DNA from: Bdellovibrionota bacterium | Lineage (GTDB): Bacteria > Bdellovibrionota > UBA2394 | DNA length: 40,663 nucleotides | Direction: 5' to 3' | Assembly (NCBI GenBank): GCA_044351695.1 | Contig: JBILFF010000003.1 | Location: 1-40,663 of the forward strand | In this document: one piece after another, positions 18,282-29,797 of the stretch | Position numbering within the stretch: position 1 is the first letter of the stretch | Layout of the letters: each line of letters opens with the position of its first letter | The notes under the pieces: generated by a model | Database searches by the model: none | What the model was told of the DNA's origin: nothing | Seen by the model: only the letters and a program-made list of their open reading frames with translations | Made by a program: the position numbers and the translations under genes

Positions 18282-19361
18282 ATGTTGGAAGCCTTTTTGC
18301 CCTGGATCTTTTTAGGTGCAAAGATCCTTTTGTTTTTTGGAATCGTATTTGGGGCGGTTGCTCCCGTGATGATTTGGGTAGAGAGGCGAGTCGCCGCTTT
18401 GATTCAAGATCGCGTAGGCCCCAACCGCGTGGGGCCGTTCGGTCTTCTTCAGAGTTTAGCCGATGGAATTAAGCTTGTTCTTAAGGAGCCACTGGAGCCC
18501 GAAGGTGTCGTGAAGCCTTACTATTATTTAGCTCCTGTGTTAGCGGTGATTCCGGCGGCGCTTTCTTTTGCCGTGATCCCCTTTGGGCCGCCCACAACGC
18601 TTGGGGGTTTGTTTGAGACTCCTCAGCGACTTCAGATTGCTGAGCTGAATGTTGGTATTTTGTTTTTGATGGCGGTGAGCTCTTTATCTGTATATGGGGT
18701 CGCGCTAGCTGGGTGGTCTTCAAATAACAAATTCTCAGTTCTTGGGGCTCTTAGGGCTTCAGCTCAAATGATTAGCTACGAGCTGGCAGCGGGTCTGGCA
18801 GTGGTCACTGTTATTTTATTAGCGGGGACTGCTGACCTAGTGGGCATCGTCGAGTCTCAGGCTTCCATGTGGCATATTCTGCCGGGCTTTTTTGCGTTTT
18901 TTGTTTTTTTACCGGCCATCTATGCAGAGACGAATCGAAGTCCCTTCGATCTTCCGGAGGCTGAGGCCGAGTTAGTCGTTGGTTACCATACGGAGTACTC
19001 GGGTATTAAGTTTGGCCTCTTTTTTCTCGCCGAATACGCCATAATGACTTCGTTATCGGCTGTAGCGGTTTTGATGTTTTTGGGGGGCTGGGAGCTCTGG
19101 CCCGGTTTTGGCTGGAACGATCTATATTCGACTTTGGGTTTAGATTGGACGATCGACGGAACGAGCAATATTTTGGGGACTTTGCTTCCCGTTGTTTGGT
19201 TTGTCACCAAGGTGGCTTTCTTTTTGTTTCTTTTTGTTTGGGTTCGCTGGACCTTGCCTCGATTTCGATACGATCAGTTGATGAGCTTGGGTTGGAAGCG
19301 GCTCCTTCCTCTGGCCATCGTGAATCTCACCCTTACAGCCGCTGTGATTGCGCTTTGGTAA
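18282..19361 (+). CDS. nuoH: NADH-quinone oxidoreductase subunit H
   Basis: ERR...QDRVGPNRVGPFGLLQSLADGIK, AETNRSPFDLPEAEAEL, PRFRYDQLM. Confidence 0.97.
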   Translation: MLEAFLPWIFLGAKILLFFGIVFGAVAPVMIWVERRVAALIQDRVGPNRVGPFGLLQSLADGIKLVLKEPLEPEGVVKPYYYLAPVLAVIPAALSFAVIPFGPPTTLGGLFETPQRLQIAELNVGILFLMAVSSLSVYGVALAGWSSNNKFSVLGALRASAQMISYELAAGLAVVTVILLAGTADLVGIVESQASMWHILPGFFAFFVFLPAIYAETNRSPFDLPEAEAELVVGYHTEYSGIKFGLFFLAEYAIMTSLSAVAVLMFLGGWELWPGFGWNDLYSTLGLDWTIDGTSNILGTLLPVVWFVTKVAFFLFLFVWVRWTLPRFRYDQLMSLGWKRLLPLAIVNLTLTAAVIALW

Positions 19362-19364
19362 AAA

Positions 19365-19922
19365 ATGGAAGCAACCAATCTTGTTTTTTATGTTCTTGCG
19401 GGCCTGATCCTCGTCACCGGTGGGTTGGTCGCTTTTAGGCCCAAGCCCATCGAAGGGGCGTTGTGGTTGATCGTTAATTTTATCTGCACATCGGCACTGT
19501 ACGTGTTGCTGGGAGCTCATTTTGTCGCTGTGATTCAGGTTCTCGTCTACGCAGGGGCGATTGTGGTTCTTTTTACTTTTGTGATTTTACTGCTTAACTT
19601 GAATCCCAAAGAGCTGGGCTTAACGGCGGCGGTTCCATGGACGACCGTTGTCCTGTTATCGAGCACGATAGCGGTGGTTTTTTTATGTCTTCATGTGGCG
19701 ACACCGGAATTGCTCAAACCTCTTCCTGCGCTCAGTGAAGAGGCTTCAGGTTGGGGAAGTTTGGATCATTTTGCTAAAGTCTTTTTACACCAATACGTTT
19801 GGGGATTCGAAGTTGCAGGCGTGTTGCTTTTAATGGCCGTTCTTGCGGTAGGGCTTTTGGCCCATCGAAAAAAGAAAGCCACGTTGACCGCGGTGTCTTC
19901 ACAGAACTCGGAGGGTGCCTAA
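19365..19922 (+). CDS. nuoJ: NADH-quinone oxidoreductase subunit J
   Basis: QVLVYAGAIVVLFTFVILLL, FEVAGVLLL. Confidence 0.95.
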   Translation: MEATNLVFYVLAGLILVTGGLVAFRPKPIEGALWLIVNFICTSALYVLLGAHFVAVIQVLVYAGAIVVLFTFVILLLNLNPKELGLTAAVPWTTVVLLSSTIAVVFLCLHVATPELLKPLPALSEEASGWGSLDHFAKVFLHQYVWGFEVAGVLLLMAVLAVGLLAHRKKKATLTAVSSQNSEGA

Positions 19923-20231
19923 GTGTTGACGGTTCCCATCGCACATATTTTATTTCTCTGTTTTGGCCTTTTTGTCCTTGGGGCCGGCGGATTTTTGATT
20001 CGTAAGAACGCGCTTTCGATGCTGATTTGTTTAGAGCTCATGCTCAATGCTGTAAACATTTCCCTGGTGAGTTTTGCTCGAATGCACGGCAATGAGGGTG
20101 GTAATGCCATCTATTTTTTGGTCATTACAGTAGCCGCTTGCGAGACGGCGGTAGCGCTGGCGATTATTTTAAATCTCTTTCGTTTACGAAGAAGCATTCG
20201 CTTGGATGATGCGACCAGCTTGAAAGGCTAA
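19923..20231 (+). CDS. nuoK: NADH-quinone oxidoreductase subunit K
   Basis: LELMLNAVN, VAACETAVALA. Confidence 0.95.
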   Translation: MLTVPIAHILFLCFGLFVLGAGGFLIRKNALSMLICLELMLNAVNISLVSFARMHGNEGGNAIYFLVITVAACETAVALAIILNLFRLRRSIRLDDATSLKG

Positions 20232-20235
20232 GACA

Positions 20236-22134
20236 ATGGAATCGTCTTCAACAATTTCGATTTTAGGAGCTTTAGTGGTCTTGCTGCCTCTTGCGGGCAG
20301 CGCTTTTTGGTTTTGGACTAAGCCTTACCTCGAAGAGAAGGGTATCGGAATTTTGGGGACGGCTTGTATTGCGATACCCTTCATTTTGGTTTGCATTCTC
20401 TTTTTTCAGATGAGTGGAGGCGAAACGGTTCACTACTTCTCGTGGATTCCGTTTGGCGATAAAAGCTTAGTCGATTTTAGTTTTAGGCTGGATCCGCTTT
20501 CACTCGCTTTGGCCTTGGTCGTGACGGGCGTCGGTTCTTTGATTCATGTTTATGCGGCCGGATACATGCATGGTGATGCTGGTTTTGGGCGCTTCTTCAG
20601 CTATTTGAACCTCTTTGTGTTCGCCATGATGATGCTCATTTGGTCTGATTCTCTTCCGGGGATCTTTTTGGGCTGGGAGGGTGTGGGGCTGTGTAGTTAT
20701 CTTCTGATCAGTTTCTGGTTTACGGATGAGGCCAACGCTCAGGCGGGCAAAAAAGCTTTTGTCGCAAACCGCGTGGGAGATTTCGGTTTTTTGATCGCCA
20801 TGTTTTGTTTGTACAAGGCGTTCGGAAGTTTGAGTGTTCAAGAAATTTTAGCAATCGTGAAAGCCGGCTCGCTTACTGCAGCTCAATTAGACCTAACGAC
20901 TTATGCCTGTTTTGGATTGATTTTAGGTGCAGCCGGAAAGAGTGCTCAGATTCCACTATTTGTTTGGCTTCCTGATGCGATGGCGGGTCCCACGCCCGTC
21001 TCTGCTTTGATTCATGCAGCGACAATGGTGACCGCTGGAGTTTATTTGGCCTGTCGTTTGCAGGGCTTGTTTATTTTGAGTCCTGGGGCCTTGGAGCTGA
21101 TTGCTTATGTGGGTGGCCTCACGGCTATCTTTGCAGCCAGCATTGCCATCTTTCAAAACGATATTAAAAAAGTTTTGGCTTACTCCACGGTTTCTCAGCT
21201 GGGGTATATGTTTTTGGCGGTGGGCTTGATGGCTCCCGTTGCTGCTTACTTTCACTTGATCACTCACGCGTTCTTTAAAGCACTTTTATTCTTGGGCGCA
21301 GGCTCCGTCATTCATGGCATGCATCATGAGCAGGACATGCGCAAGATGGGTGGTCTGCGAAAAATGATGCCGATCACTTTTTGGACGATGACCATTGGTG
21401 TGTTGGCGATTGCTGGACTGCCCCCGCTCTCGGGTTTTGTCAGTAAAGATCAAATTATAGCGGTGGCTAAAGAGTCGCATCGACCCCTACTTATCTTTTT
21501 TGCTTTTGCGACTTCATTCATGACGGCCTTTTATATGGGCCGAATGTGGTTCATGACCTTTTTTGGTAAATTTAGAGGTGAGCATGAGGCCCATGAGTCG
21601 CCGTGGAGTATGACAGGGGTGTTGATTGTATTGGCGCTGCTGTCGGTGTTTGGGGGCTTAATCAATTGGCCACAGTACTTGGGTGGAACCGAGTGGCTCG
21701 CGGGATATTTTGCTGAAGTGGTGAATCAAATTCAGAATCAGGCTCCACATAGTTGGGCGATGTTTATGCTCAAAGTGGGATTGTCGATAGCCGCTTTGGG
21801 GCTCGCTTACTGGAAGTATCGCGACTACAAATCCGAGGATTTCCGCTCGCCCGCGTTTAACGTTTTTAAGCAAAAGTACTACGTTGATGAAATTTATGAT
21901 TTTGTGTTTGTGAGAAATCTTCGCCGTCTAGGCGAGTTTCAATGGAAGATCGTCGATCAAGGAGTGATCGACGGAACTTTGCATGGAGCCGCTGCATGGA
22001 CACGGTCGCTGGGAGACCGGCTTCGAAGCCTTCAGACCGGACACACTCAGACTTATCTTTTAGTGTCTTGGTTGGGCCTCATTGTCTTTTTTGTGGGGGC
22101 CTTTTTGGTTTTTTATCTCGGAAAGGGAAGATAG
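20236..22134 (+). CDS. nuoL: NADH-quinone oxidoreductase subunit L
   Basis: GWEGVGLCSYLL, WLPDAMAGPTPVSALIHAATMV, THAFFKALLF. Confidence 0.97.
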   Translation: MESSSTISILGALVVLLPLAGSAFWFWTKPYLEEKGIGILGTACIAIPFILVCILFFQMSGGETVHYFSWIPFGDKSLVDFSFRLDPLSLALALVVTGVGSLIHVYAAGYMHGDAGFGRFFSYLNLFVFAMMMLIWSDSLPGIFLGWEGVGLCSYLLISFWFTDEANAQAGKKAFVANRVGDFGFLIAMFCLYKAFGSLSVQEILAIVKAGSLTAAQLDLTTYACFGLILGAAGKSAQIPLFVWLPDAMAGPTPVSALIHAATMVTAGVYLACRLQGLFILSPGALELIAYVGGLTAIFAASIAIFQNDIKKVLAYSTVSQLGYMFLAVGLMAPVAAYFHLITHAFFKALLFLGAGSVIHGMHHEQDMRKMGGLRKMMPITFWTMTIGVLAIAGLPPLSGFVSKDQIIAVAKESHRPLLIFFAFATSFMTAFYMGRMWFMTFFGKFRGEHEAHESPWSMTGVLIVLALLSVFGGLINWPQYLGGTEWLAGYFAEVVNQIQNQAPHSWAMFMLKVGLSIAALGLAYWKYRDYKSEDFRSPAFNVFKQKYYVDEIYDFVFVRNLRRLGEFQWKIVDQGVIDGTLHGAAAWTRSLGDRLRSLQTGHTQTYLLVSWLGLIVFFVGAFLVFYLGKGR

Positions 22135-22138
22135 AAAC

Positions 22139-23623
22139 ATGGAGTTGAGTGGAAATTATCTTCTAGTTTTGCTTTTGCTTCCTTTTGTTTCAGCCTTCGT
22201 CTTGGCACTACTCTCTAAGCCTGCTGCGGGGCTTGTTTCTGTGGGCCTTTCTGCTTTATTTTTGGTGGTCGTCATTGCGGGTTGGGGGGCCGAGTCTCTG
22301 CGATTTCAGGCGCCCTGGTTTGAAAACTTTGGCTTGAGCTACAGTCTGCATTTGGATTCATACAGTTATTTTTTGATTCTGCTGTCGGCGTTTTTAACAC
22401 TGAGTTGCCTTTTTTATTCACTTAAAAAAGTCAGTCTTCATGAAAAAGCCTACCATGCTTTGTTTCATGCCTTGCAGGGTACCGTCGTCGCGAGTCTTTT
22501 GGCTGAGGACCTGTTTTTATTTTATGTGTTTTTCGAGGCAATGCTGATTCCGATGTTCTTTTTGATCGGAATTTGGGGCGGAAAGAACAGGCTTTATGCG
22601 ACGACTAAATTCTTTCTTTTCACTCTTGCAGGCTCGCTCTTGATGCTGGTGGGTTTGATTTCGACTTATGTTTTGTACTTTAGCAAAACAGGCGAGTGGA
22701 GCTCGTCTTTTGAGACCCTTCGGGTTTATTTTGAAGAGAATCCCATACCACTTGGAATTCAGATTTGGATGTTTTTGAGTTTCTTTCTGGCCTTTGCGAT
22801 CAAGGTTCCGTTGTTTCCCTTTCATACCTGGCTACCTGATGCACATACCGAAGCTCCTACGGCTGGCTCAGTGATTCTAGCAGGAATTCTCTTGAAGATC
22901 GGAACCTACGGACTGATGCGATTTGCCGTTCCTTTGTTTCCGCAGGCAGCGATTGAGTTGTCGACGATCATTTGCGTTCTCTCAGTGATTGGAATCATTG
23001 CGGGAGCGGTGGCCGCCTGGCGCCAGACCGACGTGAAGAAGTTAGTGGCTTATTCTTCTGTTTCGCATTTGGGGTTTGTGACGCTAGGAATTTTTTCTTT
23101 GAATGAGATGGCCTGGAATGGAGCTTATATTCAAATGATCAATCACGGCATAAGCACTGGAGCTTTATTCTTTTTGATCGGTTTCATTTACGATCAAAAA
23201 CATTCTCGCGACATCGATTCATTTGGCCAACTAGCAAAAGCGATACCGGTCTTTAGCGTGGTCTTTATCATTGCTTCATTAAGCTCTGTGGCTTTGCCGG
23301 GAACCAATGGTTTCATTGGTGAATTTCTGATTCTTCTAGGCAGTTTTCAGTCCTCAGTAGTGAGCTCGAGTGTTGCGGTTGTGGCGACCACAGGTGTGAT
23401 TCTGAGTGCCATTTACATGATGCATCTGGTTCAAAAGCTTTGCTTTGGGGCCGTTGGACCAAAATCGACGGGCTTGAGTGATTTCGCTCTGAAAGATTGG
23501 ATTCTTTACGCTCCTCTGGTGATTTTGGTTTTTGTAATCGGATTTTTTCCGTCGTGGATTTTGTCCCCAGTGGAGAAAACAAGTTCTCAAATTTTTAAAA
23601 CTTTGCCGAATTTTTTACAGTAA
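22139..23623 (+). CDS. nuoM: NADH-quinone oxidoreductase subunit M
   Basis: FFEAMLIPM, PFHTWLPDAHTEAPT, LPGTNGFIGEF; ATG 22139. Confidence 0.97.
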   Translation: MELSGNYLLVLLLLPFVSAFVLALLSKPAAGLVSVGLSALFLVVVIAGWGAESLRFQAPWFENFGLSYSLHLDSYSYFLILLSAFLTLSCLFYSLKKVSLHEKAYHALFHALQGTVVASLLAEDLFLFYVFFEAMLIPMFFLIGIWGGKNRLYATTKFFLFTLAGSLLMLVGLISTYVLYFSKTGEWSSSFETLRVYFEENPIPLGIQIWMFLSFFLAFAIKVPLFPFHTWLPDAHTEAPTAGSVILAGILLKIGTYGLMRFAVPLFPQAAIELSTIICVLSVIGIIAGAVAAWRQTDVKKLVAYSSVSHLGFVTLGIFSLNEMAWNGAYIQMINHGISTGALFFLIGFIYDQKHSRDIDSFGQLAKAIPVFSVVFIIASLSSVALPGTNGFIGEFLILLGSFQSSVVSSSVAVVATTGVILSAIYMMHLVQKLCFGAVGPKSTGLSDFALKDWILYAPLVILVFVIGFFPSWILSPVEKTSSQIFKTLPNFLQ

Positions 23624-23634
23624 CGGAGTAAGCG

Positions 23635-25152
23635 ATGAATCAGAGCCTTATGCAGCAGATTGTTCAAGATAGTGTGCAGGCTTTGCCTCTTCTTGGTTGG
23701 GCAGTGGTGGGGCTTTTGGTTCTTTGTGTGGAGATGATTTTTAGAAGAGCCAAGCTCTCGGCGATAGTGGGTGTGGCTGGTTTGCTTGTCGTGATGGCCG
23801 TAAGCATTGCTCAGTTTGATTCTAGCGCGAACGTCGGATTGTTTTTTGGGTCGGTAGCCTGGGATAGTTTTTCACAGTTTTTTAACCTCTTGAGTCTAGT
23901 GATCGCTCTAAGCGTCGTTTTGATGTCGCTGCCGGGTGTATTCGATCGTACTGAAGATCATCGTTATGAGCAGTTTCCTGAGTTTTTGATGTGCATTATC
24001 TTTGGTGGCTTTGGCGCAAGTGTGGCTACTTCGGCTTCGGATCTCACTAGTTTTTTTATTGGATTTGAAACTCTCTCAATTGCGCTGTACGGCTTGTGTG
24101 GTTTTTATCGAACCGACATGCATTCAACGGAAAGCGCTTTCAAGTATCTTCTCTTAGGATCGTTTTCAACAGTGACGTTACTCTTTGGTTTGTCATTGCT
24201 TTACGGAGCGACGGGCTCGACGAATTACGCGGATATTGCTCGAACAATCGCGGCGGGTGAGCCCGCTTTGCTGGTTTTATCTTTGTTGTTTTTGGTGGCG
24301 GGCTTTGCTTTCAAGCTGGCTTTGGTACCCTTTCACCTCTACACGCCCGATGTGTATGAGGGAGCACCCACTCCCATTACGGCCTATTTGGCTACGATTT
24401 CAAAAGTGGCAGCGATAGGAGCTTCGCTTAGAATTTTTTGGGGGCTTTTCGGCAGTGGGCAAGAGGCGCTGATGGCAGAGCTTTGGCAGCCCTTGTGGCT
24501 AGCTCTGTGTTTATGTTCAATCATCCTAGGAAGCATTGCGGCCCTTCAACAGCGTTCTTTAAAAAAGATTTTTGCTTTTTCGAGTATTTCTCATGCGGGC
24601 TTTTTAGGTCTGGGTTTGTTGGTGGCGGGCCCTGTGGTGGGAGAAGAAGGTGTGGTTTCAAACATCACTCGCTTTTCGCTTTTAACTTATCTTTCAGTTT
24701 ACTCGGTGATGAGTTTGGGAGTGTTTGCAATTATTCATCGGCTCGAAAAAGTCGGCGATGTGCTGCTTTTGGATGATCTTAAGGGTCTTGGAGAGAAGCG
24801 ATTGGGCCTATCGTTGGCTTTCGGCTTGCTTGTACTGGGAATGGCGGGGATTCCTCCCTTTGCCGGTTTTATGATTAAGTTTTGGCTACTTCAGGAGCTC
24901 GTGCTGCAGGGCCACGTGTTGGCTTCAATCTTTGCTGTTTTGGGAACTTTAATTGGCATGGCTTACTATCTAAGAATCTTGATACATCTCTTCATGGGGA
25001 AAGAGGGAAGAGCTCTGAGCTGGAATGTGTTGGAAGATCGAGTGTTTACGCTGCGTGCAGTCTCTCTCTTGGCAATTGTACTCACCTTAGTGGGCGGAAT
25101 CTTTCCGAGTTTGTACGCGGATTGGATATTTCAGACTCTCGGGCTAAAATAA
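23635..25152 (+). CDS. nuoN: NADH-quinone oxidoreductase subunit N
   Basis: ESAFKYLLLG, FKLALVPFHLYTPDVYEGAP, AGIPPFAGF. Confidence 0.96.
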   Translation: MNQSLMQQIVQDSVQALPLLGWAVVGLLVLCVEMIFRRAKLSAIVGVAGLLVVMAVSIAQFDSSANVGLFFGSVAWDSFSQFFNLLSLVIALSVVLMSLPGVFDRTEDHRYEQFPEFLMCIIFGGFGASVATSASDLTSFFIGFETLSIALYGLCGFYRTDMHSTESAFKYLLLGSFSTVTLLFGLSLLYGATGSTNYADIARTIAAGEPALLVLSLLFLVAGFAFKLALVPFHLYTPDVYEGAPTPITAYLATISKVAAIGASLRIFWGLFGSGQEALMAELWQPLWLALCLCSIILGSIAALQQRSLKKIFAFSSISHAGFLGLGLLVAGPVVGEEGVVSNITRFSLLTYLSVYSVMSLGVFAIIHRLEKVGDVLLLDDLKGLGEKRLGLSLAFGLLVLGMAGIPPFAGFMIKFWLLQELVLQGHVLASIFAVLGTLIGMAYYLRILIHLFMGKEGRALSWNVLEDRVFTLRAVSLLAIVLTLVGGIFPSLYADWIFQTLGLK

Positions 25153-25158
25153 GAGAGA

Positions 25159-28100
25159 TTGAGTGGGGATTCGAAGAATTCGGGGGATGACGGACAAGAT
25201 CCGCTGTCGAAACTTTTGGAGCTTGGTGATGGCGAGGCGACCCAAGTCTTGTCAGAGGAGGCTTCGTCTTTTGAACAAAAGACCCCTGTAGATACGCAGC
25301 TAACAATATCAGGCCATTTAACAGGCTCTGGTCTTTCTCAAAAAATCGATGGCGATCTTGATCTTTTTGAAGACGTGGATGGACTCACCGACTTGATCAC
25401 CAAAAGCGGGGTTCAGAATTCCGCGGTGGACGCTTCATCGCTTGGGGGTCTTCAGGAAGACGATTTTTCTTCAACAGCGGAGGCGACGGAGCAGCACGAC
25501 GCCGTTGCCCCAACTCAGGGTCCCCAAAAACTCGGGCAATTGGTTGACTCGGTTGAACAAAGTCCGGAGGAAGTCACTTTTTTTTCGGAGGATCTTTCTG
25601 GCTCTACTCATTCAGACGGCGCGAAGGATTTGAATTCGGCTCATGTGCAAGAAACGAGTTTAGAGAAAGAACTTTTTGAGGGCGAAGAGCTGGATGCAAC
25701 AATCTACGACGGCTCGGACGAAGCAAAAGAAAAAACAATTGTTCTGGATATGAGCGTCAAAGAGGAGGAGTCAGCCTCCTCCTTCTCTGTCAAAGAACTA
25801 GACGATCCACTAGAGGCCGAGCTCCGGAAAATCGAAGCGGAAGCGAATTCAGTAGTAGACCCGATCGATGCGGCCTTGGCTGGCTTTGAGACGCCCTCCA
25901 GAAATTCATCCATTCCCAAAGCTATTCCAGAAGTGGAATTGGATTCTCCAAAAGTCAAAGAACTCTCGCAAGATGATTTCGCCGACGTTTTTGCGAGTGG
26001 CCCGGTAAAAGTATCTCAAATCAAAAGCCCGGCAGAGATCACTGGTGGGCATCGGCGATCTTGGGTTGCGCTTCTTGGAATTGGATTTGGTGGAGCTGCT
26101 GTAGCAGCGGGACTACTTGGAATCTTCTTTTTGCTCAAGAGCGACGAGGGTGTTCTCGGCTATCGTTTAGAGGGCTTTGCCATTCAGAAGTCCTACCGAG
26201 TTCCTAGTGCCGAGCAACAAGCGGAGTTTCAAAGAATATTTGATACGTCAAAAAGTGTCTGGCGATCAGATGACCCGGCGAGCATTCGCACTCAACTGGT
26301 ATCTCTTCAGGGAGTGATTCAAGAAGACTCAAGAAATCTAGAGGCTCTTCACTGGACGCTTTGGCTTTCGGCTCGACTCATTGCGTGGGAGGGGCCATCG
26401 TCTTCAGCCATAGCTATTTTTGAGTCAGCCTCGAATCGTTTCGCCGAGATTCGCACGATCGTCGATTCTGTCGAATGGGATGAAAGCAAAGAACTGGCCA
26501 TCGTGTACCGTCAACTCGCTCTCGGGAGTGTCGAAAGTGTCGTGAATCAATTAGAGGCGCTTGATTCTCGATTTGCTCAAAATGAATTTTACCAAGAATT
26601 GAAGTTCGAGGCTCTGGTTCGATCTGCAAGATTGGAAGAGGCGCGTAAATTTATCGAACAAGTGCGCTTTCGCTCGACCGCCATAGATTTTTGGAGGGCT
26701 CGATTTTCTAGTGACAAACAAGTGTTGAGAGAATTGGCCGACAAATCTTATCTTCCGGCTCGAGTTGCCCTTGAGGTTGAAGCGGTGAGTGGGGCGTCAG
26801 TCTCTGAAGAAATTTTGAAGAATTTGGCTGCTCTTGCAGATCAAGTGAAAGCTTATCCAAAGTTGAGTGCTGAAGTGGGCATCGCTCGTGCAGATTTATT
26901 GGTCAGCTCCGGAGACGAGGTGGGGGCTCGAAGGGAGTGGGAAGCGGCTTTAAAAACCAATCCCTCCAATCTCAATCTCACTTTAAAGCTCGCGACTTCA
27001 TATGAAAAGGGGACGATCTGGGATAAGGCCATTGAGTCATTGCAGTCTGCTTATCGTCTAACGGGTGGCGAGCGAGAGATTACTCTTCGTCTGGTCCGAC
27101 TTTTGCGTCAGCGATTGAAAATAGTTGAAGCTCTTGAACTCTTAGACAAGACGCAAAAAAAATTTCCGAAGGATGCCGAATTGTTTTTTGAGCGGGGACT
27201 GACCCAGCTAAAAGTTTTTCAAGAAGAGCCTGCAAAAAATTCGTTTCAGGCAGCTCTTGAAATCAAAAAAGACTTCGAGCCCGCCATTCTAAGCCTCGCA
27301 TCGATTGCGACGCGCCAGCAGGACTGGCAAGAGGCTGAGCGACTTTTTAAGATGATTCAGGACTCTAGCCCTCACTACTCGATGGCCTTGCTCGGTTTAG
27401 GGCAAATGGCGTTGGTTCGCTATCGACTCGACGAGGCCCAAAAGTTTTTTTCTTTAGCAATCAAAAATGAGCCTAAAACAGAGGCTGCCTATGATGGGCT
27501 TGTTCGATTGTTACTGCGTCGTGAAGAAGACGCAAAGGCCATGGCGATAGTGAACGAGGGTGAGAAAGCACTTCCGCAATCAGCTCTCCTGGCTCTTGCT
27601 AGAGCCCGGATTCTCGCGTTTCGCGGGCAGTTATCGGAGGCTTTAACATCTTTGGAGCCTTATCAGAGTCGTCACGAGCATGATCTTGAATTTCAAACGG
27701 CGCGCTTGGATTTGCTGATTAGCGCTGGAAAATTTAAAGAGACGGCAGAAGCTCTGGAGGCATTTGCGAAAAAAGAAATGACTGATCCTGAACTCCACTA
27801 TCTTCGAGCTAGGTTACTCTTTCTTCAAAATGTGGAAGAAGGGGGCAATCGAGAGGCGGCTAATCGAGCGATTTCTGCTGCCATGAGAAGTCAGCCTGAA
27901 AATGAAAAATATATGTTGTTAAAGGCCCGGATCGAACTGGAACTCGACGAGCGGGCGTCGGCTCAAGAGACCATCAATCGTCTGCTGAATCTCTATCCGG
28001 ATAACGCTCAGGCTTATCTGGTTCGAGGGGACTCCCAGTTTGAGGATGGCAGCTACCCTGCCGCTATCGACTCGTACACAAGAGCTTTGCAGTATACGAG

Positions 28101-28476
28101 ATTCGCCAATGAAACCTTTCGTAAGCTCGGTATTCTTTATCGGGCCACGGGCCAAGCCAAGAAGGCGATTGAGTACTTCAATAAGGTGGTTCAAGCGAAT
28201 CCAAATGATGCAGAGGCTCATTTAGAACTCGGAAAGCTTTATATTGAGGGCGCCAGACCTCAGAAGGCCATCAAGCACCTTAGAACGGCTACACAACTCA
28301 ACCCAAGGCTCTCGGATGCGCATTTTCATTTAGGCTATGTGCTTAAGGAATTAGGGGATACTCGATCGGCGGTTCAGGAGTTTGAGAAGTACTTGAACCG
28401 AAATCCGGGCGCGATCGAAGCCTCTACGGTGCGAGATGAGATCTTTTTTTTAAAGCAGCAAATGCAAGCCAACTAA
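25159..28476 (+). CDS. Large single-pass membrane TPR protein with acidic disordered N-terminus
   Basis: About 300 aa D/E/S-rich N-terminus, TM segment (WVALLGIGFGGAAVAAGLLGIFFLL), many TPR units (e.g. AEAHLELGKLY...A...L..A..LNP). Confidence 0.88.
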   Translation: MSGDSKNSGDDGQDPLSKLLELGDGEATQVLSEEASSFEQKTPVDTQLTISGHLTGSGLSQKIDGDLDLFEDVDGLTDLITKSGVQNSAVDASSLGGLQEDDFSSTAEATEQHDAVAPTQGPQKLGQLVDSVEQSPEEVTFFSEDLSGSTHSDGAKDLNSAHVQETSLEKELFEGEELDATIYDGSDEAKEKTIVLDMSVKEEESASSFSVKELDDPLEAELRKIEAEANSVVDPIDAALAGFETPSRNSSIPKAIPEVELDSPKVKELSQDDFADVFASGPVKVSQIKSPAEITGGHRRSWVALLGIGFGGAAVAAGLLGIFFLLKSDEGVLGYRLEGFAIQKSYRVPSAEQQAEFQRIFDTSKSVWRSDDPASIRTQLVSLQGVIQEDSRNLEALHWTLWLSARLIAWEGPSSSAIAIFESASNRFAEIRTIVDSVEWDESKELAIVYRQLALGSVESVVNQLEALDSRFAQNEFYQELKFEALVRSARLEEARKFIEQVRFRSTAIDFWRARFSSDKQVLRELADKSYLPARVALEVEAVSGASVSEEILKNLAALADQVKAYPKLSAEVGIARADLLVSSGDEVGARREWEAALKTNPSNLNLTLKLATSYEKGTIWDKAIESLQSAYRLTGGEREITLRLVRLLRQRLKIVEALELLDKTQKKFPKDAELFFERGLTQLKVFQEEPAKNSFQAALEIKKDFEPAILSLASIATRQQDWQEAERLFKMIQDSSPHYSMALLGLGQMALVRYRLDEAQKFFSLAIKNEPKTEAAYDGLVRLLLRREEDAKAMAIVNEGEKALPQSALLALARARILAFRGQLSEALTSLEPYQSRHEHDLEFQTARLDLLISAGKFKETAEALEAFAKKEMTDPELHYLRARLLFLQNVEEGGNREAANRAISAAMRSQPENEKYMLLKARIELELDERASAQETINRLLNLYPDNAQAYLVRGDSQFEDGSYPAAIDSYTRALQYTRFANETFRKLGILYRATGQAKKAIEYFNKVVQANPNDAEAHLELGKLYIEGARPQKAIKHLRTATQLNPRLSDAHFHLGYVLKELGDTRSAVQEFEKYLNRNPGAIEASTVRDEIFFLKQQMQAN

Positions 28477-28513
28477 GCTGCTGGAATCTCTTCGTCAAAT
28501 TCAGTAACAATAA

Positions 28514-29791
<1,278 letters not shown>

Positions 29792-29797
29792 TTGCTT

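Noticed and set aside
20236-25152. Mrp antiporter or hydrogenase membrane module
   Set aside because: Subunit order and signatures match NuoA/H/J/K/L/M/N; no mrpE/F/G or hydrogenase subunits are present
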